A stretch of DNA of 54,769 bases, taken from positions 62,001-116,769 of the forward strand of contig CAUYUJ010000212.1 in NCBI GenBank assembly GCA_963575745.1, written 5' to 3'. The notes below the pieces were generated by a model that saw only the letters and a program-made list of their open reading frames with translations, was not told the origin of the DNA and searched no databases. Shown in pieces: positions 33,316 to 46,959 of the stretch. Positions within the stretch are counted from its first letter, which is position 1. Each line of letters starts with the position of its first letter. The position numbers were made by a program, and so were the translations under genes. The DNA comes from Prorocentrum cordatum. Its lineage: Eukaryota.

Positions 33316-33339
33316 TGTGTATATCGATATCCATACAAA

Positions 33340-33410
<71 letters not shown>

Positions 33411-33525
33411 CGAATATTCGAGGTGGACATATGTAGATACATCTGCATGTAGACATACATGTCGATGTCAAGTTGTAAATGAATATACATGTGTACGAAA
33501 TGGTACACGTACATATGTCTGTATG

Positions 33526-33589
<64 letters not shown>

Positions 33590-33593
<4 letters not shown>

Positions 33594-34445
33594 TGATCCA
33601 CCGCCGCTTTACTGTGGAAAATTGCCGCCCTTTTCCTCCGGAACCCGGGGGTCCCCCCCCCCCTCCGAAAATCCCCCCCCCTGCTGGACCCCCCCCCCCT
33701 TCCCCCCCGGCAACCCCCCCCCTTCCCCTAACCCCCCCCCCTCGAACTCGAAAACCGGGGGGGGTCACTACCAGTTCGAACCCCCCCACCCCGTCGAAAA
33801 CCGGAGGGGGGGGTCACTACTGGTTCGAACCACTGAGCTGTCCCACTGCTCCCACCACTGTCCCCACTGTCCCCACTGTCCCCACCACTGTCCCCACTGT
33901 ACCTCTGTCCCATTGTCACACCGCCGTCCTCGCCACCGCCTTCACTACTGTCCCCACCACCAATGTATCCTCCACTGTCCTACTGTTTCCACCACATTCC
34001 CACTGTCCCCACACCACTGTCTCCACCACCACCGTCCCCACCACTGTCCCACTGTCCCCAAAGTTCCCACCATTGTCCTCACCATTGTCCCCACCACTAC
34101 CGTCCCCACCACCGTCCCACTGTCCCCACCACTGTCCCGCTGTCCCCGCACCACTGTCCCCACCACCACCGTCCCCACCACTGTCCGCACCCCCCCTCGC
34201 TTTTCGAGGGGGGGGTGGGGGGGGGCGGGGGGGTTCGAACCGGTAGTGACCCCCCCTGGTTTTCGAGTTCGAAGGGGGGGGGGGTTCGAACCGGTAGTGA
34301 CCCCCCCCCTTTTCATGATGAACTGGGGGGGGGGGAAGGGGTTCGAACTGGTAGTGCCCCCCCCTGGTTTCCTGGACGGGGGGGGAAGGGTTCGAACCGG
34401 TAGTAACTCCCCCCGGGATTTCCGCCAGCAGCGGTAGAACACGCT
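33590..34445 (-). mobile_element. MITE-like element, copy 2, with imperfect ~19-bp terminal inverted repeats, inserted in (TA)n/(GA)n
   Basis: Left AGCGTGATCCACCGCCGCT versus right-end reverse complement AGCGTGTTCTACCGCTGCT; no credible coding content. Confidence 0.8.
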
Positions 34446-34446
34446 T

Positions 34447-34527
<81 letters not shown>

Positions 34528-34779
34528 GATGTGTATATGTGTACACGTCCTGTGCGTGTGCAGACGTAAGCGTATGAGAGAGTCCGCATTTGCATCAATA
34601 TGCGGTTCTAGCTGAGGCGAATATGAGAAATTCCGTTGAATTCAGCTGCAATTAACATTACTGCTGCATCACCAGCCTGCTGAACGCTCAACGGCTGGCA
34701 AACGAACCCAGCGCGGCCCAAATGCCTTTCGTCCACAGAACCTCAAAGCAGCTCTGAACAGTACCAAGCAATGTAATAG

Positions 34780-35390
34780 AAAGCAATTGATGGCATCGCT
34801 TCGCATTGCGTGGCCTTGCTTGACACTGCTTGAAGGCATTGCTTAGCATTGCTGGGAATCGTTGCTTGACATTGCTGAGCATTGTTTGCTTGACATTGCG
34901 CGACATTGCTTGACATTGCGTGGCACTGCTTGGTATTTCTTGACAGTTGGTATTGCTTGGCACTCGCTTGGCAGTGTTTGGAATTGATGGGCGTTGCTTA
35001 GCAATGCTTGACATGGCTTGTCATTGCTTGGCATTGCTTAGCATTTCTTCGCAATTCTTGGCATTGCTCGACATTGCTCGGCATTGCTTAACCTGCTTGG
35101 CAATTGGTAGCGCTTGGCATTGGCATGGCATTGTTTGGCATTGCTTGGCATTGCTTGGCATTGCTCGGCATTGCTTGACAGTGATTCGCACTGTTTGGCA
35201 TTTCTTGGCGAGTATTGGTTTTGCTTGGCATTGGCATGGCATTCCTTGGCATTGATTGGCGTTGTTTTGTCTAGAAATGCGTGGCATTGCTTGGCATTGC
35301 TTGGCATGTCTTCGCATTGATTGGCATGCATTGCTTGGTGTTGCTTGGCATTGATTTGCTTTGTTTGGCATTGACTGGCAATGCTTGGCA
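34780..35390. repeat. 10-bp minisatellite (GGCATTGCTT)n, degenerate
   Basis: Directly visible. Confidence 0.92.
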
Positions 35391-36964
35391 GCGATCGCCG
35401 TTGCAACGGCTGGGGAACCCAAGGAGCAAGACCAGGAAACCCGAGCAAGAAAGGAGATGAACAAGACAGGGGAACCGACAAGGGACCAGGGAACGCAAGG
35501 AACAAGAACAGGGAATCCGAACAGCGCCTAAAAAAAAACAAGACGAAGACAAAAACAACGCCGGGGGCCGCCTCTGAATTGGGACCCCGCACCCACCGGT
35601 TACTTCCGCAAACAAAAAAGAAACTAGGCAAATCCGAATTTGGGAATCCCACAAGCCCTTTAGGGCGTGAGTGGTTTAGAAGGTTTCTTCGTCCAACCCC
35701 CCCTTTTCCCCTCGTCCTCGTCCTCGTCCTCTGGGTTGACGGCCGCGAACGGCCCCCGGGCCGGCAGGGAAAAACCTCCGAGACGGCGCATTGGACCCCA
35801 CACGAAAAACAGAGAATGATGGCCCCCGGTGGGAGTGGAAGAAGCGGAGTCACAAACCCGATCGATACCCCAAACAACGACAAAAACACTGAAACCCACC
35901 CCAGAAAGACAACCAAACATCCGTTATTTAGGGTATATGCTACTCCACTTCCGCCCACCCCCCCGCGACCAGGCCAGCCCGCTGCCCCACCCCCCTTCTG
36001 CGTTCCAGCAACAACCCCCGCCGCGAAGGGGTTTGGGGGGAGCAGGCGACCAGAGGAATCCGGCGCCGGACGCAGTGAGTTTGCTCCCCCCAGATGGTCC
36101 TTAAAGAAGGCCATCGGCGCTGGGGCCATCGGCCCGGAAGCGCGGCAAAACGAACGCCCAAGCCGGGCTGTCCGTAACGCTGGAACCAAGGACCGTGGAC
36201 GCGGGACTAGCGCAGGCCGCGACACCGTTGTGCCCCAACTCTCTTCTTTGCGTGTCGTCGATGCGCAGGGGCCAGACTAATCTATTAAGACGCGCAACCA
36301 CACACTAACTCACAAAATCATATGTTGGGTGCTTCGTTGTCGGGTTTCCAGTGCGCACGTCGAAGATCGCACCTGATTCACCGAAGTGCTTCAACCGGCT
36401 ACTTAGGGTCCACTACGAGCACCACATCAGAAGCACACGAACACTTAGACAGGATAAGCCGGGTCGCCTGGACCATGAGCACCCCCGGTCATGTTCCCCT
36501 TCGGAAAAGAATCAATCATTGTTCCCTATCAACGAACACTCCCTCCCCCAGGCGACCGGCAGCCAACCAGGACCAATGAGAACACACACACATCGCAATC
36601 CCTTTCAAAAAACACCACGAAGCACACTTTGGGACAAAATCTTGGGTCAAGCTCGCGGACCCCGCGAGCACTTTGTATTGTTGCTTAACTGGGACGGCAG
36701 GGGTGCCCTCATATTGCCTGCTCTGCGCAAAGCCGCCATCCTTGATCAAAACAATCAATACAACATGCAATTCGCGGCTAAATCTGGATCATGCGCAGCC
36801 AGCTCGCGATCACTGTCCGTTGGCGTTTGACACGGGCCGCGGCGGTGGTGGCATATTGCCTGCTGCGCGCAGGCCCACCAGACACCATGATGGCCTCCCC
36901 GCCGCGATTGTGCACTGGCTTTCGACAAGGATGGTGGGGGCCGACATGTCTCTCGATGTGCTGT

Positions 36965-37175
36965 CACGTGCGCGGGCGCGCCTGGCACACTCTGCGCGTG
37001 CCCTGGACTTGGCGCACCTGGCGCGGCTGGACCATGCGGCACACATGGCATACGTGGAGCACATGGCGCACTGGCGCGCGAGGCGTGCCTGGCACGCTTG
37101 GGCACCAGGGGTGCCTGGCGCACCTGGGGCGCCTGGCGCGCGTGGCGCACCTCGCCCCATCGCGCACATGGGGTT
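36965..37175. repeat. 9-bp degenerate repeat (GGCGCACCT/GGCACACAT)
   Basis: Directly visible. Confidence 0.75.
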
Positions 37176-39159
37176 GCCCATCCATTAGTGGCCGATGAAC
37201 ATGCTGAGGCCCGGCGTTTGCTATGTGTTGGGAGGGCGGGTGGGAGTGAGCGAGACAGCTTGCGGGGGGGGAGGGTGTCTTGACTCCTCCACCTACCCCT
37301 CACCCCTGGACCTGGAGGGGGTTTTGCGAGGTGCCAGAGGGTCTTTCTAGGCTTCGGCGACCAGGCCGAAATCACTGATTGCACTTATGCGTTGGCCACA
37401 TGTTGGCCTCGGGGGGGACCTGGCATGGGAGCTTCCCTCCTTTGATCGATCTCCTCCAAGATGGCCCAGAGAAGGTACCCAAGGCTCCTAAGACGCCCCA
37501 AGAGGGCCCCCCAGAGGCACCCAAGACGGCCCAAGAGGCCTCGGCGAGAATGCCAAGCGCGCGGGCAATCAGAAGCGGGGTCCCATTGGATCATGGGCCA
37601 ACCAGGCGCGGGTGGCGGATGAGAGAGTGCGACAGCGCCCGAGGGCGGAGACGAGCAGCACAGCGACGTGGCCACAGGACGCCGACAGACAGCAAGACGG
37701 GAGAACGACTGCTCAGGAGCACAAGACGCGCAGAGGTGGCGGAGGACACAGCCGACGCCGCAGGACGCCGCCGAGGCGGCGGCCGAAAGGCCGAAAGCGG
37801 AAACAGGGGCCAGAGCGCGACCAAAGCGTCAGAGGTGCGCGCGATGCATTCACCGGGGACGAAAAGTCGCAGAGAGCCGCACAGCCAGCAGCTAGCCGAG
37901 GCGAGAGGGCGCGAAGGAGGGCGGCGTGACAGAGCTGGCGACGGTCAGCGCTCGGGACGAAGGCGGGGGCGGGGGGGCCACGGCAGGTCTCCAGAAGGAC
38001 CACGCTTCTGACAGCTAGGCTCCTCGGCCAGTGCCACCCGCCGAACCTCCCGCGTTAACCGGGCGGGGGCGGCGATGCGAAAGCTGCTGAGCTGGTCGGG
38101 AGGCAGCGCAGCACTCGGGGCACAGCTCGGGTTCCGCGTCCTCGCCCACGTCAGCGCCGCGAAGAAGGACCCAGTTACGCCAAAGTTGTGTCGCCTGCAC
38201 AGCGGAAGGGGCACCATCGGCGAGCAAGGACAGTACGCGGCTGACGAGGCTCATCCGAAAGATCTCATCCTCGGCCCGCTGGGGGCAGGGCGAAGCGGCA
38301 CCGATGGCGCTATCCGCGCCTGAAGATCCACGGCGCTGGGAGCCGGCGATGGCGGCGGAGGCGAGTTGACAGGGAGCGCGCCAGGCAAGGGGGTAGCAGC
38401 CGCTCGAGGCAGACCCCGAGCCCGAGCGGCCTGGTCGGGGGCGGCGGCGACCTGGGGCAGCGGAAGCGCCCAGGCTAGAGCCAGCGCCCAGCTAGAGCCA
38501 GCGCCAGGTAGATCCACCGGGCAGAAGGGATCCACTGGGGAGGCAGGGCGCAGGCCATGGCGTCGCCCAAGTGCAGCAGGGGCGACAGCCTGTGTAGGGG
38601 CCGCGCAACCACTGGCTCTGGGCTGCGGCCGCCACGGCGGCCTCAGAGCCCGAGGAGGGGGCGGGGCGGAGGGCGCAGGAGGCGGCGGCGGCAGGGGGGG
38701 CGAGCTCGGAGCCGGGCTTGGGCCGAACACGCCGGCGGATGGCACAGACCTCCTCCGGGGAGGAGGCGGCAGATGCCGCCCTGGCCAGGACTGGCGCCCC
38801 GCCTCAAAATGAAGCTGCACAGGTGGGAGTTGGATAGCGGCGAGACGCGGGGGCGGTCGGCGGGGCCTTGGGCGCAGGAGGCTGGTCAGCCCAAAGCACA
38901 CGCCGCGCAGGGGCGGAGGGGCTGCCCCTGGTCTCTGACCTGGCCAGGGCAGGGGACGCAGGTGCCGAACTGGGCGGGGCGGCGCCCACATGGCTTTCAA
39001 GCGGCCCTCCCTAGGCTGCTGTTTCACAAGTGGTTTGGCAAGCTCGCGCTGCTGAGTGAGCGCGAGAGACCGCCAGTCGCCCAAGCGGTGCGCGCTCCAA
39101 CCGCCAACGACCGCGCCCGCATTCTCAGGGTGGCTGGGCCTGGGGTCGTGGCGCGGGGC

Positions 39160-40250
39160 GATTCGCGTCCCCGAGGCCAGCCACGATCACTAGTAATTTA
39201 CGCGATGTTCGCGTCTCCTAGGCCAGAATCCCCCGTACGTCATACAAGATTCGCGTCCCCGAGGCCACGATTCCTTGCGAATCACACCGTATTCGCGTAC
39301 CCGACGCCACGATCACTAGTAAAGTATACCATATTCGCGTCCCCGAGGCCACGATCACTAATAACTTACGCGATGCTCGCGTCCCCGAGGCCACGATCCC
39401 TTGCGAATCACACCGTATTCGCATACCCGAGGCCAAGAGCACTTGTGAAATATACCAGATTCGTGTCCCCGAGGCCACGATCACTAGTAACTTACGTGAT
39501 GCTCGCGTGCCCGAGGCCACGATCACTGCTAAAGTATTCAATGTTCGCGTCTCCAAAACCACGATCCTTAGTAAAATATGCTATGCTCGCGTCCTCGAGG
39601 GCTCCCTACACAAGTCTAAACAAAAATTGAACAACGTCGTCCTTCAGTCGAAGGGAAACCCCTTCCCTTGATCCCTTCCCCGCCGAGGGGGGGGGGGGTC
39701 CCGGGGCAATTCCCAGGGGGGTCCCAGGGCAACTCCCAGGGGGGGGTCCCCCCTCGGATACGCAGCCCCCCGCCTCTCATCCTCCTGCGTCCTCGGGCTC
39801 CGTTGGCCCTCCGGGGCCGTCTGCGGGCCCTTTCAGCCTATCTTAAGGCTCCTTGGAGACATTTCGCAATTTTTTTACTCTCTTGGCAGCCTCTGGCGGC
39901 ACTCTTGACAGCCTCTGCGGGCGCTTTTAGACCTCGCTTGACGCCGTCTTGGAACCCTCTCGGGCCACTTGAGTGCGCGCTTTGCCTATCTTGGCACTCT
40001 CTGGAGCCGTTCCCGAACCCTGGAGGAGGCCTCTTGAGCGCAAATTACACCGTATTCGGGTTCCCGAAGCCATGATCCATCACAAATCAAGCTGTATGTG
40101 CGTCCCCGAGGCCACGATCACTCGCAAAGTATAAACTTTTCGCGTCGATACCACGATCTTTTATGAATTACGCCGTGTTCGAACCCCCGAGGCCACGACC
40201 CCTAATAAGAAGTTACCCTATACTCGCGTCCCCGAAGCCACTCTCCCTGG
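39160..40250. repeat. 42-bp minisatellite (TTCGCGTCCCCGAGGCCACGATCACTAGTAA...), interrupted at ~39600-40040 by other sequence
   Basis: About 11 units at 39160-39600 and about 5 more at 40040-40250. Confidence 0.88.
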
Positions 40251-41138
40251 TAAAACAGTCCAAAGAACCCAAAGACCATCCAAGACGCGCGATCCAACGT
40301 AGCCTCAAGCAGCCCCCAGTCGTTCCACGAGGGTCCCCAATTCACAGCGTGAGGGGAAGTTCCAACAAAAAACAGAGTTCAACAACATCGTCTGGATTTC
40401 AATGTGTCTTGAAGATTACCAACCACCCTCGCATGAGGTTTCGATATTGCTTCACGACGGCGCCCAAAGCATCCCACCAGAATTCCTGCATCATGATAGA
40501 GAGGGGGCCGGCGGCAGAGGGCCAAGCCCTTACGGATATTTGTTCGAACAAAGTCCAAAGGAGTAATACGAGGAGGGCAAAGAGAATGGGGAAGGGAAGG
40601 GGGGTCTCAGTCTCACGGGGGCCCCGAAGCTTCCCAGGAGTCCTTGGAGGCCTCCGGGGGCTTCTAGAGGCATCCAGAAGCCCTTGAAGGACACAAGCGT
40701 CCAAAACCTCGATCCTCGATCCTCGAGGAGGAGAGGGAGGGAGAAGCCGTGCCTCTCCTTAAACCCGATCCTGCATTTTCGGTCCTGGATCCTCTCTCGA
40801 CCCTCAAACCTCCCTGGATCCTCCTGGCCCCGAGCCTCTCGTCGGACACGATCCCCTTCTCAACACCGATCCCCGATCCTTGACCCGCATGCCTTGCATA
40901 TCCCGTCCCCTCGATCTCGACCATCATCCGATCAAGATCGGCCCTCGGGCCCATCCCGAGGTCCATCCGAGCCCTTTTCCGTTTCGGATCATGCCTGACG
41001 GTCCGGGGACCCGAAGACGGCTTCCAGGGCTCAGAACAGCAGCAAATCCCGATCCTCGATCCGCGGCGTCCTCCACGTCGCCAGGCTCCGCGCCTCTCCC
41101 CAGGCCCAGCGAGTGAGGAGGGGCGGAGGCGAGCGCGC

Positions 41139-41206
41139 CTCGACGACGGAGCGGTGATTCCACGCGTCCACCTCGCCCCCGGCGAAGACCGCGAGGACGG
41201 AGAGGC
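41139..41206 (-). CDS. Exon of the host PDZ-like gene ((G)LSVLAVFAGGEVDAWNHRSVVE)
   Basis: CAG|G acceptor in phase 1, AG|GC donor in phase 0; joins exons 42726-42887 and 21397-21471 in frame. Confidence 0.75.
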
Positions 41207-42725
41207 CTGCCGCCGAGAGACTCTCTGAGAGTCGTCGCGAGATAAAAAAAGAAAGCAGCACAGCAGAAGCAACAGCAACAAACAAACGAAAACAAGCATC
41301 AAACAACACAAGACCCGAAGAAAAAACGCCACGGCCAGAGGTTCGCCGTTTCGGGCCTCTGGAGGATGTCTTTCGAGGCCTGGAGGGGCCCGCCACCGAG
41401 AGACCCTCGCATCTGCCGTGCCGCTAGAGTCATGAAGGCAAATACTGCTGCCGATTCGGGCCTCTGGGGGGCGTTTTCTGGGGCCCGGGACCGGCAAAAA
41501 TGGCCCCGAGGCTCCCGAGAGAGGCCCCAGGCCCCAGATAGGCCCCGTAAAAAGAATGCGAGAGGCCCGCATCCCAGGACGCCGTGGAATTCCCGACGAG
41601 GTCCCCAGAGCACCTCGCGTCCACAACCCAGGAGCAGTGGCGGCATGGGCCCAGGGCCACTAGATACTGCCCACACATGCACATGTCGTGACGTCACTCG
41701 CAGGGACAGCCTGTGCAATCGTGTACGATTGTGTCTGACTTTGCACGGGAGGACGACGAGGAGGGGGGCCCGTACGGTGGTCAGATAGGCAGTGCGGCAA
41801 GAACGTTACGACGACGAATATGGCGTAGCGTCTGCTTGAGCTGCCGCGGGCCATCCACGATGCTGTGTGAGCGGCATGTGTTGAATGGGAGTGTGAGATT
41901 CAAAGGGTAGGGGCAGAGTGTTCGCGATACGGCTTGGGGTTAGCGTCGTTGTGGAATATCAGGGTTGGGGTATGGATTCGGGCTCGCATTGCGTTAAAGT
42001 ACAGAAGCATGGGGTGCGGAGTTCCAGGAAGACCATTACAATTGACCCCTTGATTCCTCCTCATCCTCCTCCTCCTTCTGCTCCTCCTCCTCCTCCTCCT
42101 CCTCCGCCTCCTCCTTCTCCGTCTCCTCCGCTTCCGCCACAGAAGTCAACGAGTCAGTCGGGAAGACGCTACTGCACTGCGTACTCTCTCCCCTCCCCTC
42201 GATTTTTTCTCGCACTCAAGGCTTGACCGACAGCTTTGGAGGTCAGGTCCGCCAGCGTGGCCCGACCGATCAATGTTGGGCACGAGGAGTACCAGGACAG
42301 AGTGAGGAGAGGCGGGACTCTCTATATTGGCGGCTTCGTCGTCGAGGCATGGCTGAACACGTCTCGAAGAGATGCCATAGCGAAGCACGGTGACCAAAAA
42401 GCATGCTACGATCACAGTGCCGAAAAAGGTCTCAAGCACGGTGATAAACAAATGTTCGAGGAAGTCATGTAGACGCACGCGAGCGGGCGTCCCCGACATT
42501 GACTCCACTCCGCCACACAGAAACGTACAAGACATCCGTCTGATCACCCTCCTCCTCCAACTCCTCGCTCTCCTCCTCCTCCCCATCCTCCTCCTCCTCC
42601 TCCTCCTCCTCCTCCTCCTCCTCCTCCTTCTCATCCTCCTCCTCCTCCTCCTCCTCCTTCTCCTGGCCCCTCCTCCCGCTCACCCTCACCCTTGCCAGGC
42701 TCCTCCCCGTCTCCTGCGCGGCGGC

Positions 42726-42887
42726 CTGCAAAACTGCCCACGGACACTGGCAGCACGTCGATCCCAAGGCGCACCCCCTCGCGCCTCGCAGAGAGGAGAA
42801 CACTGAGGGTCGTTCCCTCCCTCCCCCTTCTCGCCGAGAACTCAACGAGGCTCGGGCCGTCGGAATTCTCGTAGGCACGAAAGTGTA
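42726..42887 (-). CDS. Exon of the host PDZ-like gene (..TLSVLLSARREGVRLGIDVLPVSVGSFA); 5' boundary uncertain
   Basis: RLGIDV is the PDZ carboxylate-loop (GLGF-like) motif; AG|GC donor in phase 1 matches the next exon. Confidence 0.7.
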
Positions 42888-43619
42888 CTGGGATGATAAC
42901 GCAGAGGATGAGGATCATGGGGGACTGGAAGGATGTGCGACGAGGAGGCCGGGGAGAAACGATGAAAAAGAAGGGCGGGGCGAGGGAGGGGGAGGGAAGA
43001 AAACACAAACGGAGGTGGGGAGGGGCGCCGAAGGGGGGGTCGATGAGGTGCCATCCTCACACCCACCCATCCTCCTCATCCTCCTCCTGCATCCTCCTCC
43101 TCCTCCTCCTCCTCCTCCTCCTCCTGCATCCTCCCACCTGCATCCTCCCACCTCCTCCTGCATCCTCCCACCTCCTCCTCATCACCCTCATCATCCCCTA
43201 CCTCCTGCCTCCCCCCACCACCACCACCATCACACCAACTCAAACTTCTCGCCGTCGCGGCCATGCGCGCAGCGGCGCGGCGGAGCCAGTCGGAGGAGGA
43301 CCTGGAACTGCCTCCGAGGCCACGGAAGCGGCCGGAGGCTACACACACATGCTGTCCTCCAGCGGCAAGGTGGCGGCACAGCTGCGAGTACTGAGGCGGG
43401 GCACGCTCAGGCACGCTCGCGCACAAGACACACACACACACACACTTTTCGGGCGGTGCGGGTGGGCAACTCGCCACTCCGTTGGGCACACGGCCGGCGG
43501 CCGAGCGCGCAGTAGTTAGGAGAAGCGAGAACAAAGAGGAGCTATGGAGTAATGGCTGGGAGCGGCGCCGGAGCGCCAGGGCAGCGGGCAGGGTAGCAGC
43601 GGGGGCGAGCGAGCATACA

Positions 43620-43735
43620 CCAACACACACACATATTTATAGATATACATACACATATACACATACATACATACATACATACATACATACATACATACAT
43701 ACAGACAGACAGACAGACAGACCGACCGACCGACC

Positions 43736-43775
<40 letters not shown>

Positions 43776-44022
43776 TCCATACATACACAAGCATCCATAC
43801 ATACATAAATGCATGCATGCATGCATGCATGCATGCATGCATACACACATACATACATACATACATACATACATACATACATACACATATATACATACAT
43901 ACATACATACATACATACATACATACATACATACATACATACATACATACATACATACATGCGTACGTACATACATACATACAGACAGACAGACAGACAG
44001 GCAGACAGACAGACATACGCTC

Positions 44023-44053
<31 letters not shown>

Positions 44054-44170
44054 CATACATACATACATACATACATGCATGCATGCATGAATGCATGCAT
44101 GCATACATACATGCATACATACATACATACAGTTACATTCATACGACACACATACACACACACACATTGC
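43620..44170. repeat. (ACAT)n/(AGAC)n/(GCAT)n microsatellites
   Basis: Directly visible. Confidence 0.97.
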
Positions 44171-45119
44171 TCCTCCCCCTCCTCCGCCTCCTCCTCCTCC
44201 GCCTGCTGCGCTTCCTCTTCCTCTACCCCCCCCTTATCTTCCGTTTCCACCTCCTCATCCTCATCCTCTTCCGCACCCTCGTCGTCCTCCTCCTCCTCCA
44301 CCTCCTCCTCCTTCCCTCCTCCTCCTACTTCTCTCTCCTTCCTCCGCCTCCTCCTCCTCCTCCTCCTCCTCCTCTCCCTTCTCCTCCTCCTCCTCCTCCT
44401 CCTCCTCCTCCTCCTCCTCCCCTTCCTACTCCATTCCTTTTTTTCAGGACTATATTCGTGTCCCACCCCGAGGCCAGCCGAAAGGGCGGGCCGGGCGTTT
44501 TGCCTGAGACGTCCTCACCGTCTATGATCCGACAGCTTAAAAATTGCAGCAGCTTCACAGATTGAGGGCGGGTCGCTTTCACAATGTGGCTCTCGCCTTC
44601 GCGCCGCGAACATTCGTCTGAAGAGTTCGCAGCAGTTTCAAGGATTATGCATGGTTGACGTCGAAGAACGGTGTTTAGGCACTACGTTAGAATGTCAGGG
44701 CGCAGCAGTCACCTTGATTCGCGGTGTTGAGGGCCCAGGGACGCCGTTCTGGCGCCATTTAAGATCGTCAAGACGCAACAGTAGCAGTGATTCCCGGCGT
44801 TGAGGTCCCAGGAATGGTGTTCTGGCACAGTTCCGGATGTTCAAACGGTTGTCTTCCAACGGGGCACTTCCTTCAATGACCATGAATCCTTGTAGGGGCT
44901 AATGAAGAAGGAACTTGGAGGGAAGGTTTATTGCAATATCGTGAATGAGTCTTGGGTTTACACTGGTCTTCCTTATCATCCTCCATCTCCTCCTCCTCTT
45001 CCTCCTCCTCATCCTCCTTCCTCGTCCTCCCATCCCCCCTCCTCGACCTTCCACTTGACCACGTCATGATCTTCCCTCCCTCACCTCCATCTGTTCCCCC
45101 TCCTGTTCACCGTCGCGGT

Positions 45120-45150
45120 CCCATCATCACAATCAGCATCATCATCGTCG

Positions 45151-45198
<48 letters not shown>

Positions 45199-45199
45199 G

Positions 45200-45234
<35 letters not shown>

Positions 45235-45315
45235 CCATCACCATCACCATCACCATCAACATCACCATCATCATCACCATCATCATCCTAGTCCTCCTTC
45301 TCTTCCTCCTCATCA

Positions 45316-45347
<32 letters not shown>

Positions 45348-46200
45348 GTCGCCATCGCCGTCATCATCATCATCACCATCATCACCATCATCATCAGCAG
45401 CAGCAGCATCAGCATCAGCATCAGCATCACCATCATCTGCATAATCACCATCATCACCACCAACACCATCATCAGCAAAGCCTCATCATCATCGGCACGA
45501 TAATCATTATGAAAATCATCGTCATCATCAACATTATCATCACAATCACCGACATCACCGTCATACACATAATCGTCGTCATATTCATTGTGGTCGACCA
45601 TCGACCGTTATCGTCGTCATTGTCATTACCATTGCCATCGACCCAATCATCATGAACACAATCCTCGTCGTCATCATCAGCATCATCACCATCACCACCG
45701 TCACTATCAACATCACCAGCCTCGTCATCATCATGGTCATCATCAACGTCAGCACCAGCATCAGCATCAGCATGTGCGTTGTCGTCATCGTCGCCGGTGT
45801 CATCGTCATCGTCATCATCGCCATCGTAATCGGAATCGCCTTCGTCATCCTCATCGACGTCATCGTCACTGACATCGACATCACCAACCTCAGCATCATC
45901 AACACCAACCTGATCGTCATACGAATATACGTATCTGTCTTCGTTTAAATAATACACACCGCTGTATCCATCAGCACTACTACAGTGTTCGTCATCGCCG
46001 TGATCATCAATATTACCATCGTCAGCATGATCATCATCAAAATCATCAACAGCAGCAACATCGTCACCACCATCATCAACAACCTCATCATCATCAACAG
46101 TATCATCACCATCATCAGCATCATCATCGCCCTCGTCATCCTCATCATTATCAGCATCGTCAGCATCGTCATCATCATGATAATCATCATCGTCGACGAC
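45120..46200. repeat. Degenerate (CAT)n microsatellite
   Basis: Directly visible. Confidence 0.93.
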
Positions 46201-46959
46201 AACCTTCTCCCCCATCACACTCACACAATCTCCCCCTTGCCCCTCGCCTCCCCTTTTCATCAACCTCGTGGACGCGCCCCTCCCGCAGCCTCCCCTTTTC
46301 CACATCCACTTATCCTCCACTCTCCATCCGTTTGCCCCTCCCCCGCCTCCCCAACTTCTCCTCTCTCTTCCCCATTTCCCCTAATAATTCCATCCGTCCG
46401 ATTTCCTACTCCACGCATCCCTTTCCCTCACTATCCTTCCTCCACCCTCCTTCAGCGTCATTCCTACACTCTCTCATACTATCACCCGCCAACTTGCACC
46501 TTCCAGTTGCTCCTCCTCCTCCTCCTCCTACTCTTATTGTTCCCTTATCATGTGTATCTTTACCGAATCATCTTCCTCGCTAGCATCATCCGCATCCTGT
46601 TGCCTGCCTCCCTCTTCCACATACCCATCCCTCGCCCATCCTCTCTCATCCTTCCTCTTCCTCGGGGCAAGGCAAGGTCCCGTACGAGCACGAAGCATGT
46701 TACGATACAAGAAGCGGAAGCAAACAAAAAAAATTGCACGTACTACATCTCCTTTGCTGCAACATGTCCACTGATGCTGGCGCGTGCATGGCTGTGCGTC
46801 GAAAAACGGGAAGGGACAGGGCGCGCGGCGAAAAAAAAGGGGGCGCACGACGGGCACGGACGAGAGGCGAGGCGAGGGGAGAGGGGGGGAGGGACAACGG
46901 ACAGGAGGGGGAAACGACGGGGGAAACGCGAGCGGGAATCAGACGCCGCTGCGCCACGT

